From NCBI GenBank assembly GCA_965247115.1, contig CBDFGR010000002.1:1984001-2048000 (forward strand): DNA of 64,000 nucleotides. Reading direction: 5' to 3'. The stretch comes from Myxococcota bacterium (GTDB lineage: Bacteria; Myxococcota_A; UBA9160; SZUA-336). The position numbers were made by a program, and so were the translations under genes. This document shows, piece by piece, positions 10,565 to 20,160 of this stretch. A model generated the notes under the pieces. The model searched no databases. It was not told where the DNA came from and saw only the letters and a list, made by a program, of their open reading frames with translations. Numbering within the stretch: the first letter of the stretch is position 1; each line of letters begins with the position of its first letter.

Positions 10565-11821
10565 ATGGGGGACTTCCCGTATGCGACGAGCTTCTGGGCC
10601 GACCCCGGGCCCGCAGAGCGGACCGAGCCGCTCCGCAGCGACGAGCGGGCCGATGTGGTCGTGGTGGGAGCGGGCTACGCGGGTCTTTCCGCGGCCTTCT
10701 ACCTGAAGCAGGAACGTCCCGACCTGGACGTGGTCGTGGTCGAGGCAGAGCACGCGGGGTTTGGAGCCAGCGGACGGAACTTTGGCTGCGTCGCCCCCGA
10801 CTTCCTCGCCGAGATCTCGCTTCCGCTTGAAGAGCTGCGAGCGGAGGGGCGTTTCCTGATCTCGGCGCGGGAAGAGCTCCGGAAGCGGATCAGCTCGGGC
10901 GGCTTCGACTGCGAGTATCGCCCCGAGCACACCCTCTACGCGGCGTGGGATGACGACGGGTGGTTGGCGCTCCAGCGCATGGGCCAGCAGTTCGAGGAGC
11001 AAGGCGTCCCGAATCACTTGCTGAGCGAGCAGGAGCTTGGCGCCGCCGGCGGCCCTGCGGCCCGCGGAGCACTGGTCCACACGGCGTGGCACATGGTGCA
11101 GCCCTACAAGCTCGTGCGGGGACTTCGCGCCTCGGTGTTGGGCAGTGGCGTGCGTCTCTACGAGGGCACCCCCGTGCGCGCTGTCGAGCCCGGCTCCCCC
11201 GTGGTGGTTCATACCGCCAGCGGCTCGGTGACCGCCGGGAAGGCGGTGATGGGAACGAACGCCTACAGCGAGCGCTTCCCGCTGCTGAAGGGCGTCGTCG
11301 TTCCCATCCACAACCACGTGATGGCCACGGAGCCGCTATCCGACGAGCAGCTCGAGCGCATCGGATTTGGCACGTGTCCCGTCGTGCTCGACGCCGGGAT
11401 CCAGTTCTACTACGCGCAGGTCTACGAGCGCCGCCTGCTCTTCGGTGGCGGCGGAGGCAACATCGACGAGGGCCCGCTGGCCCGCGTTTCCTCGCTCGAC
11501 CAGGCGGCGGACCGCGACGACGCCCAGTACGAGCGCATCCACGCCGAGCTGCTGCGGCGCTACCCGTTTCTCGAGGGCGAACGCATGGAGGCGGTCTGGG
11601 GCGGCCCGATAGCGGTCACGAACAGCACTCGGCCGGTCGTGCGGGAGCTGCCCGACGCGGAGAACGTGATCGTCAGCGTCGGCTTCAACGGCTCGGGCGT
11701 CGTCTCGGCCAACGCCTCGGGCAGGATGGTGAAGGGCCTCGTGCTCGGCGAGCGACACGTCGACGACGAGGCCGAGCGCGTGCGCAAAATCTGGGAGAGA
11801 GCGGCCGAGGAAGCTCTCTGA
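10565..11821 (+). CDS. FAD-dependent amine oxidoreductase (PuuB/DadA family)
   Basis: VVVGAGYAGLSAA, GFGASGRNFG, WGGPI, GFNGSGV. Confidence 0.9.
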   Translation: MGDFPYATSFWADPGPAERTEPLRSDERADVVVVGAGYAGLSAAFYLKQERPDLDVVVVEAEHAGFGASGRNFGCVAPDFLAEISLPLEELRAEGRFLISAREELRKRISSGGFDCEYRPEHTLYAAWDDDGWLALQRMGQQFEEQGVPNHLLSEQELGAAGGPAARGALVHTAWHMVQPYKLVRGLRASVLGSGVRLYEGTPVRAVEPGSPVVVHTASGSVTAGKAVMGTNAYSERFPLLKGVVVPIHNHVMATEPLSDEQLERIGFGTCPVVLDAGIQFYYAQVYERRLLFGGGGGNIDEGPLARVSSLDQAADRDDAQYERIHAELLRRYPFLEGERMEAVWGGPIAVTNSTRPVVRELPDAENVIVSVGFNGSGVVSANASGRMVKGLVLGERHVDDEAERVRKIWERAAEEAL

Positions 11822-12069
11822 TGCGGATCCGCGCGCCGAAGCTGAACACGGAGATGCAGATCGAGCGCGTGGAGGCGCGTGATGGGCGGGTCGTCATGCG
11901 GGGGCGCGTGGGGCCATTCGATGCGGCCGCCTCCTTTGCTCCGGGCGAGCTGCTGGGGCTCGGGCTCCGCTGCCTGCGCCCGAGTATCCTGGGGACCTGC
12001 CTGGGCTGGCTGCTGTTCGGCCGCAGGCGGGCCGGGCGACGGCGGCAGCAGCGTGCGGGAGCAGCTTGA
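11821..12069 (+). CDS. Small hypothetical protein
   Basis: ATG overlaps the upstream TGA; 82 aa MRIRAPKLNTEMQIERV... Confidence 0.5.
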   Translation: MRIRAPKLNTEMQIERVEARDGRVVMRGRVGPFDAAASFAPGELLGLGLRCLRPSILGTCLGWLLFGRRRAGRRRQQRAGAA

Positions 12070-12117
12070 TTCCAGCGGGTACTTGTGGGCAGCTTCACGA
12101 CTGCCGAGCGTGCGGGG

Positions 12118-13308
12118 TCAGTTCAGAAAAGTGATCGCCTCGTCGAGCAACGGAGCGTCGGCAGGTCGCGGTAACCAGTAGTCCGCGATCTGCCTCACAC
12201 AATTCGCTGGTTCAAAGGCCTGTTCGAGACCGAGCACGCCCTTGTCTTGAACCTCGCCACGCAGAATCCCGAGTGCTCCTACGGCGAGTGGGACCGTTGT
12301 TCCGTGGATCGACGACTCGTAGCACCCCCGGAAACCGACGTCGCAGCGGGCCGGCCTCCCATCCTTCCTGCCGACGGCTGTCGCGTAGGCACCCGTCTGA
12401 TCTTCCTCGCCGCTACGAGCGAGCAGCCGGTCAGAATCCGCCTCGAATTTCTCGCTACAGAGCTCTGCTGCTCGTCTGAGTGTCAGCGCTCCTCGAGTAA
12501 TGCTCGCGCTCAGATCCTCGAGGAGCTCGTTCAGGTGGGGCGGATAGAGACCGCCGAAGTCGCTCACCGCCTTCACTCCGGAGACACAGCGCGGCAGCGT
12601 GACGGCTTCGCCGGCACCGACGAGTGGCAGCGGCAGGGGCTCCCCGCGCTTCAGCGGGACCTCCGAGCTCACGGTGTGTGGGGGAACCGTGAGCCACTGC
12701 TTGTCGCGATAGAGACGGATCGGCTCCGAGATGGCCTTGAGACGCGCCTCGACGGAGGTCAAGGTGCGACGGCGGTCTCCGGCAGCTTGGCGCAGCTCCC
12801 GCTGCTGCTCGCTCGTCATGCGTGCATCGGCGACCCAGTAGGTGCGGATCGTGTCGACCTCATCGAGACGGAGTGCCGCGTATCGACCCAGCACGGCCGT
12901 GGAGCCCGGCGTGTGTCCCGCACCGACGATCGCGGTGATTCCGGCCTGCTGTGCAGCGTCATGCAACTCGAGCTGTTTGTCGATGATCGCTCCCACATCA
13001 CACAGATCACAGAAGTCACGCCGGGCCCTGATCGCCGCGCGCAGTGCCGGCATGCCGACGGCTTCGAACGGCCCGCCCGCATTCAATACAAGGTCCACAT
13101 CACGCAGATCCCTGACCAACCTCTCCTCGTCCAGGATGTCGGTCTGAAGAGCCCGCGCCTTCTCCCCCAGCAGCGCTGCCGTCGACCTCGCCAGATCTAC
13201 GTTGCGCCCAGCGATCACGAGCTCCGAGATCGCCTCACTCTTCACCAGTGTGTCGGCGAGCACGGCTCCGTAGGTACCCGAACCTCCCAAGACGCATACA
13301 CTGGCCAT
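12118..13308 (-). CDS. Saccharopine dehydrogenase-like NAD(P)-binding oxidoreductase
   Basis: VLGGSGTYG, IAGRN, NAGGPF, GAGHTPG, KGVLGLE. Confidence 0.88.
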   Translation of the reverse strand: MASVCVLGGSGTYGAVLADTLVKSEAISELVIAGRNVDLARSTAALLGEKARALQTDILDEERLVRDLRDVDLVLNAGGPFEAVGMPALRAAIRARRDFCDLCDVGAIIDKQLELHDAAQQAGITAIVGAGHTPGSTAVLGRYAALRLDEVDTIRTYWVADARMTSEQQRELRQAAGDRRRTLTSVEARLKAISEPIRLYRDKQWLTVPPHTVSSEVPLKRGEPLPLPLVGAGEAVTLPRCVSGVKAVSDFGGLYPPHLNELLEDLSASITRGALTLRRAAELCSEKFEADSDRLLARSGEEDQTGAYATAVGRKDGRPARCDVGFRGCYESSIHGTTVPLAVGALGILRGEVQDKGVLGLEQAFEPANCVRQIADYWLPRPADAPLLDEAITFLN

Positions 13309-13358
13309 GGCTTAGTGTACTGTAGAAGAAGATACGGCTCGCAAGGAGGAGGATTCGC

Positions 13359-13844
13359 ATGGCGACCACGACCCCGATCGACCCCGCGGCCCAGGAGTTC
13401 TTCGAGAGCCTGAGGAACCCGATGTCGCGCGAGAAGCGCGAGGCGTTTCTGGCCGAACCTCACATCACCGTGATGTCCATCGCCCGTGACGGGCGCGGCC
13501 CCCTGTCCGTACCCATGTGGTACGGCTACGAGCCGGGCGGCGACATCTCGATCATCACGGAGACGGACTCGTTGAAGGGCAGGGCGCTCCAGGAAGGGGT
13601 TTTCATCACCTTCTTGATGACGAGCGACTTTTCAACCTACGTCGTTGTCGAGGGCCCGGTGGCCTCCCTCCGCGAGCCGACGATGGCAGACCTGCTGCCC
13701 ATGAGTCACCGCTATCTTGGCGCGGAGGAGGGAGACCGGTACGCGAAGGTCATCGAGCCGACACTCCCCCACAGCGTGCTGATGACCGTGCGACCCCAGC
13801 GTTGGTCGTCGAACGCACTGAACGTGCCGGTCAACGAGGAGTAG
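13359..13844 (+). CDS. Pyridoxamine 5'-phosphate oxidase-like (PPOX class, flavin/F420-binding) protein
   Basis: REAFLAEPH, GPLSVPMWYGY, YVVVEG; strong GGAGGA RBS. Confidence 0.82.
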   Translation: MATTTPIDPAAQEFFESLRNPMSREKREAFLAEPHITVMSIARDGRGPLSVPMWYGYEPGGDISIITETDSLKGRALQEGVFITFLMTSDFSTYVVVEGPVASLREPTMADLLPMSHRYLGAEEGDRYAKVIEPTLPHSVLMTVRPQRWSSNALNVPVNEE

Positions 13845-13862
13845 GCCGCTCTCGGGTCGTTG

Positions 13863-14948
13863 TCAGTACACGGCGACTGCGACCGCAAACATCAGGATCG
13901 CCAGGCCGAGGACGTAGCGCCAGATCTCCTGCTGGTCATCGTCCGCAACCAGCTCGAACGAGATGCTTCGGTGGGAGCTGACGACGTCGTTCAGAAAGCT
14001 GGTGGCGCTCAGCTCTGCGTTGTCGATGATGAAGGTTCGGCCGCCACTGCGCTCTCCGAGGAATTTCAAGGCGTCGGTATCGAGCCGGGTCCTGATCGTC
14101 TCGAGCTCCTCCTCGAGCGTGTCGTCGTAGTCGAGCCCCTTCTTGTAGTCCAGGAGAACGTCTGACAGGTGTACACCCGTTCGTGCGCCGATTCCGATTG
14201 GATAGACCTTCAAGCCTCTCCGTTGAAGCTCGGACAGCGCCTGATTCAGCCGCTGCGTCTGTTCCGCGTCCGCAGCATAATCCCCGTCTGAGAACAGAAG
14301 CACCAACCGGTCGGTCCGTCTCGTGGGCTTCCAGTCCCGGCTTCCGGCCACGAACCGGTCCTGACTGTCCAGGGACTGATAAACATGCTCGAAGACCGCC
14401 GCCACGTCGGTATCCCAGGGGAAAGCGTCGCCCGTGAGAGTGGTTGGGGGCCGGATCCTCCCGACCTCTCTGAGGAACCTCTCGCTGTTGGACGACAGGT
14501 GGACCTTTCTCAACGCGGTACCACCAAACACGAACAGCCCCACCCGATCACCTTCCCTGAGGATGTCTTCGGCGTACAGGTTGAGGATCTCCCGCACGGC
14601 CAGATCGAGGCGCGAAGGCTTGAGATCCTTGACCCACATGGAGGCCGAGATGTCCAACACCACGGGGACGTCGACGCTCCCCCGTTCAAAACTCGACGCC
14701 CCATAGCTGAAGTACGGCCTTGCAGCTGCGAGAATCGTCATGGTCAGCACTACCAGTGCGAAGAGCCACAGCTTGATTCTGCCGATCAGTGGGTAGGAGG
14801 ACCCGTAGGTCTTCGCGGGCCTCGCGCGCCGCTTGATGGAGTACGCCAGCACGGTGAGAACCAGACCGACCCCGGCTATGGGGAGGAGTGCCAGGTACTC
14901 CGGATTGGCGAAGGTGATGTTGAGCACCGCGGCCCATAGGTCAGACAC
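13863..14948 (-). CDS. Membrane-anchored vWA domain protein (MxaL/BatB-like)
   Basis: N-terminal TM pair, MIDAS DISASM, FSDGD, YPIGIG, C-terminal TM; last gene of the moxR operon. Confidence 0.85.
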   Translation of the reverse strand: MSDLWAAVLNITFANPEYLALLPIAGVGLVLTVLAYSIKRRARPAKTYGSSYPLIGRIKLWLFALVVLTMTILAAARPYFSYGASSFERGSVDVPVVLDISASMWVKDLKPSRLDLAVREILNLYAEDILREGDRVGLFVFGGTALRKVHLSSNSERFLREVGRIRPPTTLTGDAFPWDTDVAAVFEHVYQSLDSQDRFVAGSRDWKPTRRTDRLVLLFSDGDYAADAEQTQRLNQALSELQRRGLKVYPIGIGARTGVHLSDVLLDYKKGLDYDDTLEEELETIRTRLDTDALKFLGERSGGRTFIIDNAELSATSFLNDVVSSHRSISFELVADDDQQEIWRYVLGLAILMFAVAVAVY

Positions 14949-14951
14949 GGT

Positions 14952-15629
14952 CTACCCTCTTCGCCGCCTGACTGGCACACCCTCGCGCTGCATTTCTTGC
15001 AGCTCGGGGGGCTCGATTTCCACGTAGGTTTCCAGGGCTCGTTTAATGGCCGCCGGATCACTTGTCAGGTCGTAGTTCCACGTGTAGTCGAACCGTTCGC
15101 CGGGATCACTTCTGAGTGCGCGCTCGAAGTCCGGATTCACCTTCTCCAGGACCTCGTTGATGATGTCTGCTCTGGCCCGGATCGCCGCCGCGCTGTCGCC
15201 CTCGATCGCTCGGTAGCGGAGCTGGGCGAGCCTGAACTTCGCGACGCCGAGGAGATACGACGCGCGATGGTCATCGACCTTGTCCTGAAGATCAGACACG
15301 ATCGTCTCGTAGTCGCCCGTGAAGTAGGAGAAGGCCGCCTGGTGGAGAAACGAGTCGCTGAACAGGTACGAATCCGCAAGCTCTTGCAGGCCCAGCCTGC
15401 GACTGCGCTGATAGAACGCCGTGATCTCGTCCAGCTCGGCTTGCGCGGCACTCTGGTCGCGATTCCTGACGTGGTAGCTCAACCCCTCTAGATGGGCATA
15501 GAAGTTGCCGAGGCTCGACGCTGGCACAGCAACAACGATCAGGAACCCGATCGCCAACACCAGGCCCACAGCCCAGCGAACGGGGCTCTGTTGCCTGAGG
15601 AAGTTATCGCGAGACGGGGTATTCATCAT
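14952..15629 (-). CDS. Membrane-anchored TPR-like protein (MxaK-like)
   Basis: N-terminal TM; ASYLLGVAKF and FERALRSDP..FDYTWNYDL resemble a TPR/MxaK C-terminal motif; lies between two vWA genes. Confidence 0.6.
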   Translation of the reverse strand: MMNTPSRDNFLRQQSPVRWAVGLVLAIGFLIVVAVPASSLGNFYAHLEGLSYHVRNRDQSAAQAELDEITAFYQRSRRLGLQELADSYLFSDSFLHQAAFSYFTGDYETIVSDLQDKVDDHRASYLLGVAKFRLAQLRYRAIEGDSAAAIRARADIINEVLEKVNPDFERALRSDPGERFDYTWNYDLTSDPAAIKRALETYVEIEPPELQEMQREGVPVRRRRG

Positions 15630-15643
15630 GTCGAGTCCTCGGA

Positions 15644-16774
15644 TTAGGGATCGGTTCCCCAGAACAGCTCGCTGGTCAAGCCGAGCGGGATCACGATCAG
15701 CAGGATCATGCTGCCGACCAGCAGAAACCGCATGAAGATGGGCACCTTCAGCGCGCGATACTTGACCTCGACTCGAACCGCCTCGCGCTCGTCGATAGCC
15801 CGGTAGGCGCTCGCCAGGCTGTGCGGATCGTTGACGTCGAAGTAGTCGCCCCCGTGCTCCCGGACTCGCTCAACCAGCCTTGGTGTATGGCTGTTCGTGG
15901 CGCCGGCAATGCGGAGATTGCTCGTGTTGATGAAGATGATGTAGGGCACGATGTTCCGCTTCTTGAGCTCCTGGAACTGCGCCTCTGGATACCGATCGAT
16001 AGCGGCATCGGTGATGATCAGCACGGCCCGGTTCTGGTTCTCACCGTCCGTTAGCTCTGTCGCATCGTTGTCGAAGTGCCTGAGGATGGCCTCGAGCGGC
16101 CGTATGATATTGGTGTCGCCTTCGGCCGCGATGATCTTGACCTTTTCACGCGGCACCATCATGGCTTTGTCTATGCGCTGGGTCGTGACATACGGTGCGT
16201 CGTACACCTGAAAGTAGTAGAGCTCATCGTCTATCACGAAGTCGTCGACCATGTACGGGTAGTTCGAGAAGAGCCACAGAGACACCCGGTCGTTCTTCCC
16301 CGCCCGCATCTCGAGGAATTCGAGATGCGCGTTCCTGGCAACTTCCGCCTTGGACTTGCCGGTGCCAGGAAACTCCCAGGACATCGAGCCAGACGTGTCG
16401 ACGAGATCGACTCTGATTCTCGACTCGACGTATCCAGACACCTCCTCCGTACTGGTCAAGAAGGGATCCGCGATCGCCACCAGTAGACAGACCAACACCA
16501 CTGCCAGACCCAGCTTCGGTATGGTATTGAGCGCTTTTACCCCTAGTCCGCGCCGGTGCTCGTACGAAACGAAGTGACCGGAGTGGTGGCGGGAGTGCTT
16601 TCGCCGGCGGAGCGCCGTCCAGGCGATCTTGAACAGAAGCAGGCCGACGATCGCTCCGCCGAGCCAGATGGCGAACGCCTCGTCGGCGTACCGCACTTGA
16701 CCGAATTCCGTGTCCAGGAATTCCACCAGTCCCGTCTCGACGAAACGAACAAGCTCTTGCCACGCTACGCTCAT
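15644..16774 (-). CDS. Membrane-anchored vWA domain protein (MxaC/BatA-like)
   Basis: MIDAS DTSGSM, NDRVSLWLFS, IITDA, AYRAIDERE, flanking TMs. Confidence 0.85.
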   Translation of the reverse strand: MSVAWQELVRFVETGLVEFLDTEFGQVRYADEAFAIWLGGAIVGLLLFKIAWTALRRRKHSRHHSGHFVSYEHRRGLGVKALNTIPKLGLAVVLVCLLVAIADPFLTSTEEVSGYVESRIRVDLVDTSGSMSWEFPGTGKSKAEVARNAHLEFLEMRAGKNDRVSLWLFSNYPYMVDDFVIDDELYYFQVYDAPYVTTQRIDKAMMVPREKVKIIAAEGDTNIIRPLEAILRHFDNDATELTDGENQNRAVLIITDAAIDRYPEAQFQELKKRNIVPYIIFINTSNLRIAGATNSHTPRLVERVREHGGDYFDVNDPHSLASAYRAIDEREAVRVEVKYRALKVPIFMRFLLVGSMILLIVIPLGLTSELFWGTDP

Positions 16775-16787
16775 ACGTGATGGCGCT

Positions 16788-17903
16788 CTAGCCGTCGCCC
16801 CCTAGCTGAGCCCCCCTCCGGCGATCAACCCAATCGGCGAGGCTCGTCGACACACGCACAAGTGGGCGAAGCTGCCTGAGCGACCGCTGGAGCCGCCTGG
16901 CCTCCATTTCCGCATCCTCAACCGGAGCCGGCTTCCCTTGCTCCAACCCGCCCTGATACACGACCATCTTCGAGGCCAGCGTCATCAGGGCGTCCTTTCG
17001 CGTTCCGCTCTTGACGCTGCGTTCGATGTGCGCCTTGATGTCCTTGGGAGTATCTCCAGGATTCAGCTCTGGAAGCTCGGCCCGCAGCAGGTCCTTCAAC
17101 GAAATGACCAGACTGCGCTCCAGCGCGAGCCATGCCTGTCCATTCCCTGGCGAAGACTGGTGGTCCATGGCACCGAGTACCTTCAGCTGCCGGGCGAGCT
17201 GCCGCCTCGTCTGGCCGGCCGCGGGCTCCAGATACACCTCGAGCGCCTCGAGGTCATCCTCCCCCTTGAGTGGATCCTGACGGGCTAGCCGGGGCCTCCT
17301 CATCAGTCTGACGAACAGGACGAGCCACACGACCAGCGGCAGCGGTGCGATCGTCCACGCGATCGCTTTCATGATCGTCGCTCTTGTCCTGAAGCTGCCG
17401 AGCTCGACGGTATCTCGAACATCGATCACCGGATCTTCGGTCACAGTAGTCACATAGCTGACATACAGCTCATCGCTGTCGATCAGTTGCGCGTCAGCGT
17501 CCTCAATGGTCTCGCCGAGATCCCGGACCAACCAGAAGAAGCGCACCCTCGGCAGCACGTATGTTCGCTTGGTGGGATTCAGCATTCGAAAGGTGTAGGC
17601 GAAATCCCAGATGTGCTCGTCACCAACCCTTCGCTTCACGACCGCCACGGAGCTGGCATCGAAGGGGTCGACGGAGAGATTCTCCGGCACCATTCGATCC
17701 TCGAGAACGACCAGCTCACGACCCTCGCCAATCAGGTCGGGAAACTTCACCCGGTACACAACGACGAACGGCTCGCTCGACTTCACGACCGTGGGAACCG
17801 GCTTCAAGGTCTCCACCGTCAAGGGCGCTGGTTCCTGGCCGAGAACGTTTCGGGCGAGAAGCAGGAGGATGGCTGCGCCGATTGCGTTGCGCTTCATGGT
17901 CAA
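16788..17903 (-). CDS. Exported single-TM protein (MxaA/BatD-like position)
   Basis: Signal peptide, beta-rich periplasmic part, TM, helical tail; lies between DUF58 and vWA genes. Confidence 0.6.
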   Translation of the reverse strand: MTMKRNAIGAAILLLLARNVLGQEPAPLTVETLKPVPTVVKSSEPFVVVYRVKFPDLIGEGRELVVLEDRMVPENLSVDPFDASSVAVVKRRVGDEHIWDFAYTFRMLNPTKRTYVLPRVRFFWLVRDLGETIEDADAQLIDSDELYVSYVTTVTEDPVIDVRDTVELGSFRTRATIMKAIAWTIAPLPLVVWLVLFVRLMRRPRLARQDPLKGEDDLEALEVYLEPAAGQTRRQLARQLKVLGAMDHQSSPGNGQAWLALERSLVISLKDLLRAELPELNPGDTPKDIKAHIERSVKSGTRKDALMTLASKMVVYQGGLEQGKPAPVEDAEMEARRLQRSLRQLRPLVRVSTSLADWVDRRRGAQLGGDG

Positions 17904-17943
17904 TGTTCCCGGTCTCTGCGGGCGACCTCGGCCGTGCCCGGGC

Positions 17944-18861
17944 TCAGCGACCGGATCTCGCCATCAAGAAGGTGGAGAGCTCCTCGAACCAGTTCGTGGG
18001 CGTCAGCACAACCGAATCGATCCCCGCTCGCCGCTTCAGGGTCGCCATCAGCGCTTCCCGGGACTCCTCGATCTGTCGGCGCACGGCCCCCGCGCGGCGT
18101 GCCGACATCACGACCTCCTCCCCTGTCTCCATGTTGGTGGCCCTCACGTAGCCCAGCTTGCTCCGCACGACATGTTCCTCGGGGTCGTCCAGGATCAGCA
18201 CGATCATATCGTGCTTCGACCCCAGACTGCCAAGCAGGCCGGAGTCGAAGGCGTCTGGCTCGTTCAGGAGATCCACCACATCGGAAATGAACACTATTGA
18301 GTGTCTCATTTTCAGGCGACTGGCCAGAAAGTTCAAAGCCACGGAGAGGTCGGTTGTCCGCTTCGTCGGATACTCTCTCTCGAACTGCACTTTCTCGAAG
18401 ATCCGCTTTGCCATGAAAAAAATGTGCGAGCTGCCCAGCTTGGGCTTCAGGTACAGCTCAACTCGGTCTGAAAACCCGAGCAGTCCGACCGGGTCTTGCA
18501 CGTGTGCCCGCGTCAAGCCGATGGCGCCGATCAGATCGAGCAGCAACAGGGCCTTGTTGGCGTCCTGGAGAATTCTGAACAACGTCGAAGAGGAGAGGTC
18601 GGCGACCAGAATGGTCCGCATCTCCTTCGGTTCCATCCTCTCGATCTTGTAGATCTTGTCCGGGTACGTGCGAAGACTCAGGCTCCAGGAGATGTCCTTG
18701 AGCGGTTGCCCGTCTCTCCACTGATCGACCCCGACAATGTCGTAGCCAGAACCCTTGAAGGCGCTTCGATGCTCACCGAAGGAAAAGCTAGTGGACTTCT
18801 TCTTGGCTTTGGCACCCCGATTGAGCTCGCGGAATCTGGAAAAGACCTCCTCTACTTCCAC
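17944..18861 (-). CDS. DUF58 / vWA-like protein (MxaS-like)
   Basis: GEHRSAFKGSG, ISWSLS, ADLSSS, DPVGLLGFSD, FISD; overlaps the moxR 3' end. Confidence 0.88.
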   Translation of the reverse strand: MEVEEVFSRFRELNRGAKAKKKSTSFSFGEHRSAFKGSGYDIVGVDQWRDGQPLKDISWSLSLRTYPDKIYKIERMEPKEMRTILVADLSSSTLFRILQDANKALLLLDLIGAIGLTRAHVQDPVGLLGFSDRVELYLKPKLGSSHIFFMAKRIFEKVQFEREYPTKRTTDLSVALNFLASRLKMRHSIVFISDVVDLLNEPDAFDSGLLGSLGSKHDMIVLILDDPEEHVVRSKLGYVRATNMETGEEVVMSARRAGAVRRQIEESREALMATLKRRAGIDSVVLTPTNWFEELSTFLMARSGR

Positions 18862-19949
18862 GGAGGGATCTCCATGTCCTTGATGATCTGAGCGAGCACC
18901 TCCTCGCGAGTGACAGAGAACTCCATCCCCTCCTTGAGCACCAGTCGATGCGCCAGCACGTATGGTGCGACGGCCTTGATGTGGTCGGGCGTGACGAGCA
19001 AGTCGCCGTTGAAGAACGCGAAGGTTCGAGCGACCGCTTCAAGATGAAAGTGGACGCGCGGCGAGATGCCGACCCGGATGTACTCCTTGACCGTCCGCGC
19101 CGCTCGACCCTGAGTTCTGTGGGGTCTGGTACTTCGGATCAACCTCACTCTGTACTGATCGGCGTACTCGGATGTGGGGACGTTGTCGAAGATGAACTGC
19201 GCGATGTCCAGCACCTCGTGCAGGTTGGTCAGCTTCTCCACCTTCTTGCCCACGACATTGCGAGCCACGATCTTCGCTTCGTCCGCTTCGTCTTCCGGAT
19301 CGCCCATGTAGATGGCGAGGGTCGTTCGATCCAGCTGCGCCACGGGATTCGGGAATGTTCCCTCCTCCTCGCCGAAGATGTTCTCGGTGCAGATGACCAT
19401 GAAGAAGCGTGGACCCTCGATATCGGCGAAGTCCCCGGACAGGGGGAAGAGCGGAACCATCTTCGTTTCGCCGACACCCAGGTTCCCGTAGTCCGAAGTG
19501 AGCGAGGCAGAGCTCTCCTCCATGCCTTCGAGCACCGCCGCTTTGGTCTTGCCCGTCAACCGATTGTCCTCGTCGATCAGGACGATGTGCGCCATGAGCT
19601 TGCCCGGCTTGAAGTGGATCTGGCGGCTGCCATCCAGCTCCTCGACGATCGTCTCGTAGCCGAGAATGTCCTCGGGCATGTACGTCGGGAGCCCCTGGAT
19701 CCGCTCGAACTTGGCATCGATCGCCATCGCACAGGCCGTTACCAGATCGGTCTTTCCGGTTCCGGTGGGACCCTTGAACAACACGTGGGGTTGGCGCAGC
19801 GCCTTGGTCTGCCGGAGCTTGTCGGTGTAGGGGAGCAGCGTGAAGAACGCCCACGAGAGAGTTCTCGCCGCCTCATCCAGACCGAAGAGCCACTTGGTGG
19901 ACTCGTTCTGGAACTTCTGAACGACCTCAAAGGCCCGGTCGCGATCCAT
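18852..19949 (-). CDS. moxR: MoxR-family AAA+ ATPase
   Basis: Walker A GPTGTGKT, RIQG...PEDILG, Walker B LIDEDNR, EGTFPNPVAQLDR, SPR, VLAHRL. Confidence 0.93.
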   Translation of the reverse strand: MDRDRAFEVVQKFQNESTKWLFGLDEAARTLSWAFFTLLPYTDKLRQTKALRQPHVLFKGPTGTGKTDLVTACAMAIDAKFERIQGLPTYMPEDILGYETIVEELDGSRQIHFKPGKLMAHIVLIDEDNRLTGKTKAAVLEGMEESSASLTSDYGNLGVGETKMVPLFPLSGDFADIEGPRFFMVICTENIFGEEEGTFPNPVAQLDRTTLAIYMGDPEDEADEAKIVARNVVGKKVEKLTNLHEVLDIAQFIFDNVPTSEYADQYRVRLIRSTRPHRTQGRAARTVKEYIRVGISPRVHFHLEAVARTFAFFNGDLLVTPDHIKAVAPYVLAHRLVLKEGMEFSVTREEVLAQIIKDMEIPPWK

Positions 19950-20029
19950 GGCGTCCTTATTTTTCCCCGGCATCAGACAGTCCGTCCAGCTGTAGCGGTT
20001 ACACCGGACTACCGCCAACTCGCGGTAAC

Positions 20030-20086
20030 TTGACCCTCAGGCGGTCTTGCTGCCATTCTCGGGGCGAAAAGCGGAGCAAATGCTCC
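20030..20086 (+). promoter_or_regulatory. Putative sigma70-type promoter plus palindromic operator for the PQQ array
   Basis: TTGACC-N18-CATTCT with TG extension, then GGAGCA-AA-TGCTCC; repeated at 38165-38215. Confidence 0.65.
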
Positions 20087-20160
20087 AGAGGCGTGCCCCT
20101 TCGAGCACGGATCTGATTCTCCCCGGACCGGGCGGGCTTGGACCGGGAGGAGGCGCGACG

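Noticed and set aside
10283..11317. Upstream part of the 494-aa minus-strand ORF 9833-11317
   Set aside because: Mostly antisense to the FAD oxidoreductase; only the last ~150 aa look like a real protein.
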